The notes beneath the pieces were generated by a model, which did not search any database, was not told where the DNA came from, and was given only the letters and a program-made list of their open reading frames with translations. Of a stretch of 64,000 bases of DNA, positions 1 through 9,688 are shown piece after piece. This DNA comes from Clostridia bacterium (GTDB lineage: Bacteria > Bacillota > Clostridia > TANB77 > CAG-508). The position numbers and the translations under genes are program-made. The stretch's first letter is position 1. Each line of letters begins with the position of its first letter. The stretch spans positions 23,544-87,543 of the forward strand of contig JAAWDR010000028.1 of NCBI GenBank assembly GCA_022793875.1, given 5' to 3'.

Positions 1-649
1 TGCAAAGTTGATGACCTCTTCCAACTCCTCCATCATCTGTAAATCCCCCTGCATTTATTCCTGCAATTGCATTATTATTTTCTACTATTTCACTTAATTG
101 TGTTCCTCTGTTCTTCTTTCTGCTGTCAACTAATTTTACTTTTGATGCATCAGGTATTATCATTACATATCCTACATAATTTTTTCCTGTTATTTTTTCT
201 ACAGTTATTTCTTTCTTTTCTTCTTCTATTGGTACTTGTATTATTATTTCTTCTGATTTTGAATCTTCATTATTTTCTACTTTTAATCTATCTAGAATCT
301 CCTTAATTTCTTCATCACTTAAAAACCATGTTGCTAGATACTTATGATTCATTGTGGACATTGCTGTTTCTACCCATATTTCTTTGTATTTTTGGAATAA
401 TGATGTTTTGAAAAATAAAACTATTCCTATTATTCCTAATAATATTAATCCTATAATAATTTTTAAAATTAAAAATATCTTTTGTTTTACTGTTTTTTTC
501 TTTTTATGTTTATTTCTTTTTTCCTTATGTGTTCTTTCTTTTATTATATATTCTTTTTCTGTATTTTCTTCTGCTTTTTCTTCTTCATGCAATTTATATT
601 CATTATTTAATATCACATTTGTTACTGTATCTATATCTGATTTTTTCAT
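1..649 (-). CDS. phosphodiester glycosidase (NAGPA/DUF2233-like) family protein, N-terminal part; the gene continues past the left window edge
   Basis: Absent from the ORF track because there is no stop in the window. My minus-strand translation from the ATG at 649 gives MKKSDIDTVTNV..., then a TM anchor (KIFLILKIIIGLILLGIIGIVLFF), then ...GKNYVGYVMIIPDASKVKLVDS...NNAIAGINAGGFTDDGGVGRG. The INAGGF-type motif is typical of this family. Confidence 0.55.
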   Translation of the reverse strand, partial: MKKSDIDTVTNVILNNEYKLHEEEKAEENTEKEYIIKERTHKEKRNKHKKKKTVKQKIFLILKIIIGLILLGIIGIVLFFKTSLFQKYKEIWVETAMSTMNHKYLATWFLSDEEIKEILDRLKVENNEDSKSEEIIIQVPIEEEKKEITVEKITGKNYVGYVMIIPDASKVKLVDSRKKNRGTQLSEIVENNNAIAGINAGGFTDDGGVGRGHQLC

Positions 650-1082
650 TTCTATTCCTTCTTTTATTAATAATACATTTTTATAATATTCTTCTCTTAA
701 TAAAATATTATAGCACTTATATTATATGATGTCAAAATTCTTGATACCCAACACTTTTTTATTAATGGTTGGATATCCTCCTATAGAGTATATTTTAGTA
801 TGTATCTTGTTCATTATGTTCAAAAAGAATTATTAAAATAAGAAAATAAGCCACTTTCACTCAGGCCAAAATAGATACTTATATTTATTTTACATAAATA
901 TTTTATAAATTTATGTAGAGTCATATTGATTTATGTTAAGTATTATGTTATAATTCTTGTATAAATAATTTAATAGTATTTTATTTCCTTTATCCACTAA
1001 ATTGTGGAGGAAATCTACCTCTTACTTTTTAGTTTCACATATATAACAAAAACATCAAAAAAAGAAAATGGAGGACAACAGT

Positions 1083-1421
1083 ATGATTAAAAAATTCGTA
1101 TGGTGGTTTATTGTTTTTGCTTTGAGCTTTTTTGCTCAGAACGCAGGTATGGCAGCCCAAGGAATAGCATTCTTTTATATTCACTTTGGTGCCCAAGCCA
1201 TTCTTCTTGCTATATTTACTCTTTTACTTTTTATTGCAGAAGATGACTTTGTCACAAAAATTGAAGTTTCTTCTGGCTTTATCATCATTAGTGCTATTGC
1301 TTTAGCACTTGTACTTTTCTTGCCATGGGTAATCTCAAAACTTTTTAATGTAGATTTCTTCTTGGCATATCAAATTGTATCATTTATTTCCTGTGTATTT
1401 AATAATGGAAATAAGAAATAA
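1083..1421 (+). CDS. small hydrophobic membrane protein (about 112 aa), paralog 1
   Basis: ORF 1068..1421. I prefer the second ATG (1083) because GGAGG lies 8 nt upstream of it. Three to four predicted TM stretches; shared motifs KKFVWWFI, QGIAFFYIH, FNVDF. Confidence 0.6.
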   Translation: MIKKFVWWFIVFALSFFAQNAGMAAQGIAFFYIHFGAQAILLAIFTLLLFIAEDDFVTKIEVSSGFIIISAIALALVLFLPWVISKLFNVDFFLAYQIVSFISCVFNNGNKK

Positions 1422-1544
1422 CAAAAATAATTTAATATATTCTTATTCCCTATTTCTACTAAATTGTGAAGGGAAATTACCTCTTGCTTTTTAGTTTCAC
1501 ATATATAACAAAAACATCAAAAAAAGAAAATGGAGGACAACAGT

Positions 1545-1886
1545 ATGAGTAGAACAAAAAAATTTGTATGGTGGTTTATTGCCTTTACTTTGAGTTTTTT
1601 AGCTCAGAGCTTTGGCTTAGCAAGTCAAGGAATTGCATTCTTTTACATTCACTTAATTCCCACTATCCTTATCATTTTATATCTTACATTAAAAGTAGGC
1701 TACTTTACAAAAATTAGTGTTTCACTTTATGTTATCATATGTTTTACTTTTATTTTAGCATTTTTACTTTTATTGCCGTTGGGAATCTCATTGATTTTTA
1801 ATGTAGATTTTTACTTGGTATATCAATTCGTATCTTTTATTTACTGTATTTTTAATGTTTCTTTAAAAGTAAATATTCAATTTTAA
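1545..1886 (+). CDS. small hydrophobic membrane protein (about 113 aa), paralog 2
   Basis: ORF 1530..1886. It has the same SD/ATG arrangement and the same conserved motifs as paralog 1. Confidence 0.6.
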   Translation: MSRTKKFVWWFIAFTLSFLAQSFGLASQGIAFFYIHLIPTILIILYLTLKVGYFTKISVSLYVIICFTFILAFLLLLPLGISLIFNVDFYLVYQFVSFIYCIFNVSLKVNIQF

Positions 1887-1925
1887 AAAACAATTCAAAA
1901 AGCTTAATATTAGAAAAGAAATAAT

Positions 1926-1953
1926 GAGCTCACTTTCAACTGAAAGAGGGCTC
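1926..1953. terminator. bidirectional intrinsic terminator between convergent genes
   Basis: Hairpin gagctcactttc-aact-gaaagagggctc followed by ttcttcttttt; A-rich on the other side. Confidence 0.6.
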
Positions 1954-1970
1954 TTCTTCTTTTTAATTAA

Positions 1971-2825
1971 TTACTTCTTAAAATAAATTGTTTTATTAAG
2001 TTCCGCTCCTAACAAAATTATATAAAAACAAGCATATGTCCACATCATAATAAGCATTAATGTAGTTAAACTTCCATAAGTTATTGAAAAACCTCTGAAA
2101 ACATCTAAATATATAGAAAATATAAAAGATATAACATTAAGACTAATCGCGCCAAATATAGCTCCTATCATTTGGCTTTTAAATGTAACTTTATGTTTTG
2201 GCATAAATTTATATAAAAACAAGAAAATTATAAAAGTTAAAAAAATAAAACTAATCTTTGCTAATATTTCATAAACATATTTAAAATCTCTTAATTCATC
2301 AAAATATCTTTGTATTATTGATAACAAACTACTTCCAAATACTAGTAAAACTATACCTGTAATAATTAGAGCAATAAATACTATTGTTTGTATAATAGAC
2401 TTTATTTTTATATATATTAACGAATTACTTTTTTTGTCATCGATACCATATACAGAATGTAATCCTTTAGTCAATGCAAATAATCCACGAGCAGCTGACC
2501 AAATTGTAAATATAATAGATATTGATATTGTACCTACTGACTTTGAATATACTTCTTTTACTATTCCTAATACAAATTCATTCATACTAGATGGTATTAT
2601 TTGAGAAATGAAATTAAACAGAGTTTCTTGTTCTATATTTGTATATTGTATAGAAGTTATCAATAATATTAAAAAAGGTATAAATGACAATATTGTGTAA
2701 TATGAACATTGTGCTGAGCATGCACTAATATTATCTTCTTTAATATTAGTGCATATCTTTTCTATTATTTTATATTTATCTTTATATTTATCTTTATATT
2801 TATTAATGGAATTAAAAATTCTCAT
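1971..2825 (-). CDS. YihY/BrkB (virulence factor BrkB / ribonuclease BN-like) family membrane protein
   Basis: 284 aa, multi-TM. The N-terminal ACSAQCSYYTILSFIPFLILL and later WSAARGLFAL motifs are typical of the YihY family. Confidence 0.75.
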   Translation of the reverse strand: MRIFNSINKYKDKYKDKYKIIEKICTNIKEDNISACSAQCSYYTILSFIPFLILLITSIQYTNIEQETLFNFISQIIPSSMNEFVLGIVKEVYSKSVGTISISIIFTIWSAARGLFALTKGLHSVYGIDDKKSNSLIYIKIKSIIQTIVFIALIITGIVLLVFGSSLLSIIQRYFDELRDFKYVYEILAKISFIFLTFIIFLFLYKFMPKHKVTFKSQMIGAIFGAISLNVISFIFSIYLDVFRGFSITYGSLTTLMLIMMWTYACFYIILLGAELNKTIYFKK

Positions 2826-3636
2826 AAAACACTCCTAATATGTGTGTCAAAATCCCCCGCCCCTTTTGACTCATTTTTCCTTTAAGCTTTTCTTTTTTTA
2901 TTTTTATATTTTCTTTTATTTCATCTTTTTGATTTTTAACTTGTTTTTTTATTTTTTCATGTTTCTCTTTAATTCTTACTTTTATTGATTGAATTGTTGG
3001 ATAAGCTTTTAATAATCTTCTATGATATTTAGACTTTCCTATTAATATCTCTTTAACTTTGCTAGTTATCTCTTCTGTATTATCTAAATCTTTTCCTATT
3101 TCTTTTGTAGTTTTTCCAACATATCTAATAACATTTGTTGATACTATATAATCTATTACATATAGCATCAATAATATTCCTGCTAATATGTTTAAATACA
3201 CTTCAGGTAATGCTTCTAATTTTGATATTAGAAATGGATTTGAAACATACATTATAAACATTCCAAGTAATCCAAAGGGTATGATTGTGTTTAAACATAC
3301 TCTACCATTTATATTAAATCTTCTTCGGCTATAATCCCACCATCTTGCATGAAAAAACTTCTCCATAAAGTAACTTGTAAAATATTCTAATATTCCACAA
3401 ACAAGAATTGCCATTATAAATAATGTTATTGGATCATCTACATATTTTTTTAATAAAAATGTAATTAGTATTGCTCCTGTACCATAAATAGGGCAATATG
3501 GTCCAATTAAAAAACCTCTATTTATAAATTTTTTCATTGTTATTAATTTTCCTATTACTTCAATTAACCATCCAAAAAATGAATATGCTAAAAATAATAG
3601 AAAATATATTCTTATATCTATTCCAAAAATAATCAT
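2812..3636 (-). CDS. polytopic membrane protein of the putative ABC-transporter type IV (CmpB/PF06541-like) family
   Basis: ORF 2812..3702. I trim the start to the ATG at 3636 (GGGAGGAAAA SD upstream) because the 22 upstream codons run through a palindromic repeat. Motifs FFGWLIEV, GPYCPIYG, RWWDYS. The last ~20 codons also run through a repeat copy, so the true 3' end is uncertain. Confidence 0.6.
   Translation of the reverse strand: MIIFGIDIRIYFLLFLAYSFFGWLIEVIGKLITMKKFINRGFLIGPYCPIYGTGAILITFLLKKYVDDPITLFIMAILVCGILEYFTSYFMEKFFHARWWDYSRRRFNINGRVCLNTIIPFGLLGMFIMYVSNPFLISKLEALPEVYLNILAGILLMLYVIDYIVSTNVIRYVGKTTKEIGKDLDNTEEITSKVKEILIGKSKYHRRLLKAYPTIQSIKVRIKEKHEKIKKQVKNQKDEIKENIKIKKEKLKGKMSQKGRGILTHILGVFYENF
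2843..2873. repeat. short palindromic intergenic element, family A (TGTGnCAAAA-GGGnCGnCCC-TTTTGnCACA)
   Basis: tgtgtcaaaatcccccgccccttttgactca. Stem GTCAAAA/TTTTGAC around a GC-rich centre. Confidence 0.6.
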
Positions 3637-3657
3637 TTTTCCTCCCATGTGCGAAAG

Positions 3658-3688
3658 TGTGTCAAAAAAGGGCGTCCCCTTTGGCACA
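3658..3688. repeat. palindromic element, family A
   Basis: tgtgtcaaaaaagggcgtcccctttggcaca, between the recG stop and the start of the next gene. Confidence 0.7.
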
Positions 3689-3691
3689 AAC

Positions 3692-5750
3692 TTATATTTC
3701 AATTCTATCTGTAAATTTGTTTTTTACTAGTTCTTTTAAAAGTTTATTTTCTTCGTTTTCTAATTTTTTATCTTTGTCAACTATCTTTATAGTAGCTTCT
3801 TGAGCTAATTTCAAAATATCTACATCTGTAAATAAATTTGCTATTTTAAAATCTGGTATTCCATGTTGCATTGTTCCAAAGAAATCTCCTGAACCTCTTA
3901 ATTCTAAATCTTTTTGTGAAATTACAAATCCATCATTTGTTTCACACATTACTTTCATTCTCTCTTTTGTATTTTGCCCATTTCCATTATATTTTAGTAC
4001 ACAATATGATTTATATTCTCCTCTTCCAACTCTTCCTCTTAATTGATGTAACTGTGCCAATCCAAATCTCTGTGCATCTTCTATTACCATTATACTTGCA
4101 TTTGGCACATCCACTCCTACTTCAATTACTGTTGTTGATATTAATATGTCTATTTCTCCTTTTTTAAATCTTTCCATTATTTCATCTTTTTCTTTTGGTT
4201 TCATTTTTCCATGTATATAATCTACTCTATAATCAGGAAATATTTCTTTTTGACATGTTTCATATAGTGTTATTACTGATTTTAAATCTGTGTCTTCTTC
4301 TTCACTATCTTCTACTAATGGACATACTATATATGCTTGTCTTCCTTCATCTACTTGTTTTTTTATGAAGTTGTTTATTCTTTCTTCCATTCTTTTTGTT
4401 ACTGCAAATGTTTCTATTGTTTTTCTATTTGGTGGTAGTTCATCTATTATTGATATATCCAAATCTCCATATAATATTAATGCTAATGTTCTTGGTATAG
4501 GAGTTGCTGACATTACTAATACATCTGGATTATGTCCTTTTTCTGCTATTTTTGTTCTTTGTTTTACTCCAAATCTGTGTTGTTCATCTGTTACTACTAA
4601 TCCTAAGTTCTTGAATACTACATTTTCTTCTAATAGTGCATGTGTTCCTATTATTATATCTATTTCTCCACTTTGCAATCTTTGTAGTATTTCTTCTTTT
4701 TTCTTTTTTGTTATTCCAGAAATTAATAATTCACATCTTATTTCAAATTTATCTAATATTTTTTTGAAATTGTTTAAATGTTGTGTTGCAAGTATTGCTG
4801 TTGGTGCAAGTATTGCGGATTGATATCCTGATTTTACTGCTTTATATGCCGAAATCATTGCTACTATTGTTTTTCCTGAGCCTACATCTCCTTGTAATAA
4901 TCTATTCATTGATTTTTCTGATTCCATATTTTCATCTATTTCTTGCAATACTCTTAATTGTGCTTTTGTTAAATTAAATGGAAGTGTATTTATTACATCT
5001 GACATTTTTGCATTTTTATCAAATACTATTCCTTTTTTATCTGTCAAATTATTATTTTTTAATTGTAATAATGCTAATTGTGTTGAAAGCAATTCTTCAA
5101 ATACTAATCTTTTTCTTGCCTTTTTGAAATCATCAAACTCTTTAGGAAAATGTATATTATTATTCGCTTTATTTATTTCTTCTAATTTATATTCTTTTAA
5201 TATATATTCTGGCAGTGTTTCCTTTAATCCACCTTCTTCTTTTACCTTCTCTAATCCATTTTCTATTATTTTTCTTAGTGTATTTTGTGTTAAACTAAAT
5301 GTTAATGGATATATTGGTATAATTTTTCCTGTATTATTTGTGTTTTCTATTTCGTCAAATACTGGTGAATTCATACTAACTCTACCATATTGAAATTCTA
5401 CTTTTCCATAAAATCTATATTTTTTTCCGTACTTGAAATTTCGATTTTAAATATGGTTGATTAAACCATGTTATTGTTGCTTGTCCTGTTTCATCTCCTA
5501 TGTTTATCTTTTGCATTGTTCTGCCTTTACTTATTCTTGTATCTATAAATCTTGAAGTTGCTACTGCTTCTATTAATGCTACTTCTCCATTTACACATTC
5601 ACATATGTTCTTAGGCTTGCTTCTATCTTCATATCCCCTCGGATAATATGTTATTAGGTCTTTTAGTGTAAATATTCCTATTTTATTTAAAATCTGTACT
5701 CTATTGGGCCCTACTCCTTTTATATATTTTACATCTTCATCTAATTTCAT
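3692..5750 (-). CDS. recG: ATP-dependent DNA helicase RecG, split as written by one extra C (pseudogene-like or +1 recoding site)
   Basis: ORF 5415..5750 is the wedge domain and ORF 3692..5374 the helicase (GDVGSGKT, DEQHRFG). The gene strand reads caa gta C gga aaa aaa tat aga ttt tat gga aaa gta gaa ttt. Removing the C (plus-strand G at 5429) gives continuous ...KFQVGKKYRFYGKVEFQYGRVSMNSPVF... Confidence 0.9.
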
Positions 5751-5830
5751 TATTTTTCCTCTCTTATGTTTATCTTCATTTTTATTTAGTTTACTATATT
5801 TTCACTTAATTGTCTAGAACAAAATTAACA

Positions 5831-5862
5831 AACCAGCTAAAGGAATTCACCTTTAACTGGTT
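5831..5862 (-). terminator. probable intrinsic terminator of the 133-aa orphan gene
   Basis: aaccagctaaagg-aattca-cctttaactggtt (one mismatch), with a T-rich tract following on the minus strand. Confidence 0.45.
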
Positions 5863-5881
5863 GTTTGTTGTTTTTACTCTT

Positions 5882-6283
5882 CTATCTCAAAAATCTCTCA
5901 ATGTGTTCACTCTCTTTGTATTCCAGAGCCAAATGTTCCATTTCCACATAGTCCTGATAGTCAAGCATATCTGACAGCTTAGCTCTGGAATTTGAAGTGA
6001 AAGTTTCAAAGCTTTCTATTGCATTGCTTTCATTCATATTATCCAAAACGGTTTTCAATTCGCTTACATTCTTCCTATTCAGAACAGTATAATAGAACTC
6101 CATATTAACATCTGCATCTTCGAGGCAGACATGACGTTCATCATCTACACTATTCTCAATAAGTACTGTAAGCTTCTCGCTCAGACTTTTAGATTTGAGC
6201 AAAAACTCTTTGAGGATCTCATTCCGATACTCCTGTACTGCCTTAGCTGCCTTTCCTTTGGAAACTCTAATTGCTTCATTCAT
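5882..6283 (-). CDS. hypothetical protein (133 aa), compositionally atypical (visibly GC-richer)
   Basis: Intact ORF with its own TTGACT-17-TATAAT promoter and a downstream hairpin. Contains an in-frame CGG Arg codon. I recognise no family. Confidence 0.5.
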   Translation of the reverse strand: MNEAIRVSKGKAAKAVQEYRNEILKEFLLKSKSLSEKLTVLIENSVDDERHVCLEDADVNMEFYYTVLNRKNVSELKTVLDNMNESNAIESFETFTSNSRAKLSDMLDYQDYVEMEHLALEYKESEHIERFLR

Positions 6284-6322
6284 TTTGTTTTCTCCTCTTT
6301 TATTTTATATTGTTACATTGAT

Positions 6323-6351
6323 ATTATAGCATTTTTTTGTATTAAAGTCAA
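6323..6351 (-). promoter_or_regulatory. sigma-A-type promoter for the 133-aa orphan gene
   Basis: Minus strand reads ttgact-17 nt-tataat. AAGAGGAG SD lies before the ATG at 6283. Confidence 0.55.
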
Positions 6352-6354
6352 ACT

Positions 6355-7050
6355 TTATGTAATCTTTTTTAATTCAAAATTTAATCCATCACTACTTACC
6401 AATTTTAATTCTATACCATTAATACTTCCTTCAATTGCATCGTGAATTGAACTTGAATGCAAATGTCCATAAAAACATCTTTTTATATTATATTTTTTCA
6501 TTAATTTTATATAATCTGTATTCATATACTTTTGTGTAACAGGAGGATAATGTAAAAATGCAATTATCTCCTTATGTTCTCCATATTTTGATATTCCATC
6601 TTTTATAGACAATTCAAATCTATCTATTTCTCTTTTAGTAAGCCTTATATCTTCTTGTTCATCTGACAAAGTCCATCCTCTTGTTCCAACTATTATTTTA
6701 TTTTCAAATTCATAACTGTTATTATATAAGAAATCTATATTTTCAAAATCTTTTTCTTTTATATATCTTCTCATACTTGTAATAGTTGTCCACCAATAAT
6801 CATGATTACCCTTTAACAATATTTTTTTTCCTGGCAAATCATTTATGAATTTAAAGTCTTTCTCTGTTTCTTCTAAATACATTGCCCATGAAAAATCTCC
6901 TGGCAATATTACTACATCTTCTGGTTTTACATTCAACATCCAGTCTTTTCTTATTTTTTCTTCATAATTTTGCCAATTTTCTCCAAATATGTTCATTGGT
7001 TTATCTGCATTAAATGATAAGTGTAAGTCACCTATTGTATATATTGCCAT
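6355..7050 (-). CDS. calcineurin-like metallophosphoesterase
   Basis: 231 aa with GDLHLS, GDFSW, GNHDYWW and YGHLH motifs. Confidence 0.8.
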   Translation of the reverse strand: MAIYTIGDLHLSFNADKPMNIFGENWQNYEEKIRKDWMLNVKPEDVVILPGDFSWAMYLEETEKDFKFINDLPGKKILLKGNHDYWWTTITSMRRYIKEKDFENIDFLYNNSYEFENKIIVGTRGWTLSDEQEDIRLTKREIDRFELSIKDGISKYGEHKEIIAFLHYPPVTQKYMNTDYIKLMKKYNIKRCFYGHLHSSSIHDAIEGSINGIELKLVSSDGLNFELKKIT

Positions 7051-7073
7051 TTTTCTCTCCTTTTCTACATAAT

Positions 7074-8067
7074 TTATAATTTTAAGTTTGGCACTGCATT
7101 TAAATTCAAATCACTCTTTTCACCATTTATAAAATTATAATATCCAGCAGAACCTATCATAGCTGCATTATCAGTACACAACTTCATATCTGGCATATAA
7201 ACTTTTATACCTTTATCTTGTAATTTCATAAATTCATTTCTTATATAACTATTTGCTGAAACACCACCTGCTAATACCACTGTTTTAGTATCTATTTGTT
7301 TTATAGCTTTCATTGTATTTTCAATTAAAATCTCTGATACTGTTTTTTCAAAACTAGCACATAAATCAGCTTTATTAATATCAGGCATTTTGTGATGTAA
7401 ATTTATTACTGCTGTCTTTATTCCACTAAAACTAAAATCTAGATTTTCAAAATGTGTTTTAGGCAGTTCAATTGCATTAGGATTTCCCTCTTTTGCAAGT
7501 TTATCAATCTTAGGTCCTCCTGGATACCCCAAACCAACAACTCTTGCAACTTTATCAAATGCTTCCCCTATTGCATCATCTCTAGTTTTACCCAAAACTT
7601 CAAATTTTGTATAATCTTTTACATATACAAGTTGTGTATTTCCACCTGACATCATCACACATAAAAATGGTGGTTCAAGCTCTTTATATGTTATATAATT
7701 TGCAGCTATATGTCCTTGTATATGATTAACTCCAATTAATGGTTTATCTATTGCAAAACTTAAGGCTTTTGCATAAGAAAGGCCTACTAATAAAGCTCCT
7801 ACTAAACCTGGTCCATATGTTGGTGTTATTGAATCTATATCCTCAAAAGTAATATTTGCTTCTTCCAATGCTTTTTTTGTTACTCTTGAAATTGCTTCAA
7901 TATGATTTCTTGATGCAATTTCTGGCACTACTCCTCCATATTTTTCATGTATTGGTATTTGTGTATCTATTATATTTGATAATATTTCTCTTCCATTTTT
8001 TATTACTGCAACTGATGTTTCATCACAACTTGATTCTATTCCGAATAGTTATTATATCTTTTTTCAT
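7074..8067 (-). CDS. tsaD: tRNA N6-adenosine threonylcarbamoyltransferase TsaD, 5' end shifted by one extra C
   Basis: ORF 7074..7928 lacks the N-terminus. Upstream, the gene strand reads atg aaa aaa gat ata ata act att C gga ata gaa tca agt tgt gat gaa. Without the C (plus-strand G at 8043) this is [30 protein letters not shown]...[12 protein letters not shown]. Confidence 0.9.
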
Positions 8068-8077
8068 TTCTTCTCTT

Positions 8078-8211
8078 GGGAAAAGGGGACGTTCCTAAAA
8101 TCCCTCAAAAACGGGAATATGGGACACTCCTTAAAACTATAAATAATAAAAATATAAAGGAGTGTCCCATATTCCCGTTTTTGAGGGATTTTAGGAACGT
8201 CCCCTTTTCCC
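8078..8211. repeat. long perfect inverted repeat, family B (55-bp arms, 24-nt loop)
   Basis: The left arm is gggaaaaggggacgttcctaaaatccctcaaaaacgggaatatgggacactcctt (8078-8132). Its exact reverse complement lies at 8157-8211. The element sits between the M50 protease stop and the tsaD start. Confidence 0.9.
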
Positions 8212-8219
8212 TTTCCTTT

Positions 8220-8960
8220 CTATAATCCAAAAATTAAAGTTCCTAAACTTAAAATTCCTTTGCTTATTCCACTAATAGCTGGTGTAATAATTGTTCCTGC
8301 AACTCCTGTTATCCAAATTAATATAAATATAATATAAAATATTTGCTCATTATTTACAAAAAATTCTTTTGCTTTATATGGTAAAAATGGCATTATTATT
8401 TTTGAACCATCTAATGGTGGTAATGGTATTAAATTAAATACTCCAAGCCCTATATTTATCGATATTGTACTTGATACCAATAACAATATTACCCAACCAA
8501 CTGTTGATGTTAAAAATGTTGCACTTGCAAATTTATAAATTGCACAATATATTAATGTAAATATTATTGCTAATACAAAATTCATCAATGGTCCTGCTGC
8601 AGATACTATTGCTTCTCCTTTTTCCATAGACATTTTTCTTGTATAGTTTCTAGGATTTACTTCTACTGGTTTTCCCCATCCAAATCCTGCTACTAATAAC
8701 AATAAAGTTCCTATTGGGTCTAAATGTGCAAATGGATTTAAACTTAGTCTTCCTTGGCTTTTTGCTGTGTTATCGCCTAATTTGTATGCTGCATATCCAT
8801 GTGCAAATTCGTGAAATGTTATTGCTATTAACACTCCTGGTGCACTTAATAATAGTCCTATTAATCCTCCTGGATTTGTTGCATATTGCAATACTGCAAT
8901 TCCTGCCATTACTGCTACTATTATGTACATTGTTCTTTTATCAAATGAAAAATTAAACAT
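8220..8960 (-). CDS. site-2 protease (peptidase M50) family membrane metalloprotease
   Basis: 246 aa, multi-TM, with the HEFAHGYAA (HExxH) motif and a later NLIPLPPLDG motif. Confidence 0.8.
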   Translation of the reverse strand: MFNFSFDKRTMYIIVAVMAGIAVLQYATNPGGLIGLLLSAPGVLIAITFHEFAHGYAAYKLGDNTAKSQGRLSLNPFAHLDPIGTLLLLVAGFGWGKPVEVNPRNYTRKMSMEKGEAIVSAAGPLMNFVLAIIFTLIYCAIYKFASATFLTSTVGWVILLLVSSTISINIGLGVFNLIPLPPLDGSKIIMPFLPYKAKEFFVNNEQIFYIIFILIWITGVAGTIITPAISGISKGILSLGTLIFGL

Positions 8961-9029
8961 ATTTTTCTCCCTTCATTTGTTTTCAAATTCTATTATGAGA
9001 CATTTTTGACCTGTCCCAAATGTCTCATT

Positions 9030-9632
9030 TTATAATTCATCTGTCTTAAATGACAAATAACCTTCATATAGATAACTATTATCTATTCCCTTCATATATA
9101 CTTCTCTATCATCAACTTTATCAGTTAAGCCTTTTTTTAGTAATTCTTTAATTTCTGTGTCTTTAATAGGACTACGTTCCATTGCAAGTAAATAATCTGT
9201 TTTATCAATTTTACTCCAATCAATTACTAGATTTAGTTGTTTTTTTAAAATTAAGTCAAGCCATATTCTTGTACTTCTTCCATTTCCTTCTCTAAATGGA
9301 TGTGCAACATTCATTTCTACATATTTTTCAATGATTTCTTCATAGGTTGATTGTGGCATTTTCTCAATGTTTTTAACTGCTTCTTCTAGATATGCAATAG
9401 GTGTAAATATAAAGTTCCCTTTTGCTATATTTACTTTTCTTAAATCTCCTGCAAATTCATGTATTTTTTCAAATAAATATTTATGGATTTTTTTTAATGT
9501 TTCAAATGTTCCTGGTTCTAATGTATTTAGATATCCCTTTTCAAACATTTCTTTTGCAGATGTTTTACTAATTCTTTCTTCTCTTACTAGTTCTGCTGGG
9601 GCAGTAATATTTAATTTGTTTTCTAAAATCAT
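9030..9632 (-). CDS. Fic family protein (AMPylase-type), class III with C-terminal auto-inhibitory motif
   Basis: Fic motif HPFREGNGRSTR. C-terminal SYLYEG matches the S/T-x-x-x-E-G/N inhibitory helix. Start trimmed to the ATG at 9632 (AGGTGG SD). Confidence 0.8.
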   Translation of the reverse strand: MILENKLNITAPAELVREERISKTSAKEMFEKGYLNTLEPGTFETLKKIHKYLFEKIHEFAGDLRKVNIAKGNFIFTPIAYLEEAVKNIEKMPQSTYEEIIEKYVEMNVAHPFREGNGRSTRIWLDLILKKQLNLVIDWSKIDKTDYLLAMERSPIKDTEIKELLKKGLTDKVDDREVYMKGIDNSYLYEGYLSFKTDEL

Positions 9633-9688
9633 TCTTACCACCTTTCTTTATTTTTTCTTTTGTAATTATATATATTTCTCATAAACAT

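Larger units (their letters stand above)
961..1886 (+). repeat. tandem duplication (unit about 465 bp) of a leader plus a small membrane-protein gene
   Basis: The leader at 961-1082 is repeated at 1425-1544. The last ~60 nt before each ATG are identical (ttagtttcacatatataacaaaaacatcaaaaaaagaaaatggaggacaacagtatg). The two CDSs are only about 50% identical at protein level. Confidence 0.85.

Noticed and set aside
67-729. Plus-strand ORFs with Leu/Phe/Ile-rich low-complexity translations. This includes the ones here and many others, for example 3871-4167, 4290-4823, 12847-13056, 13896-14216, 19175-19930, 23816-24268, 36326-36854, 46028-46405, 50132-50755, 52446-53032 and 58424-58829.
   Set aside because: They lie antisense to clearly homologous minus-strand genes. 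They have no SD, and their composition is what an AT-rich antisense strand produces. The real gene at 1-649 is on the minus strand.
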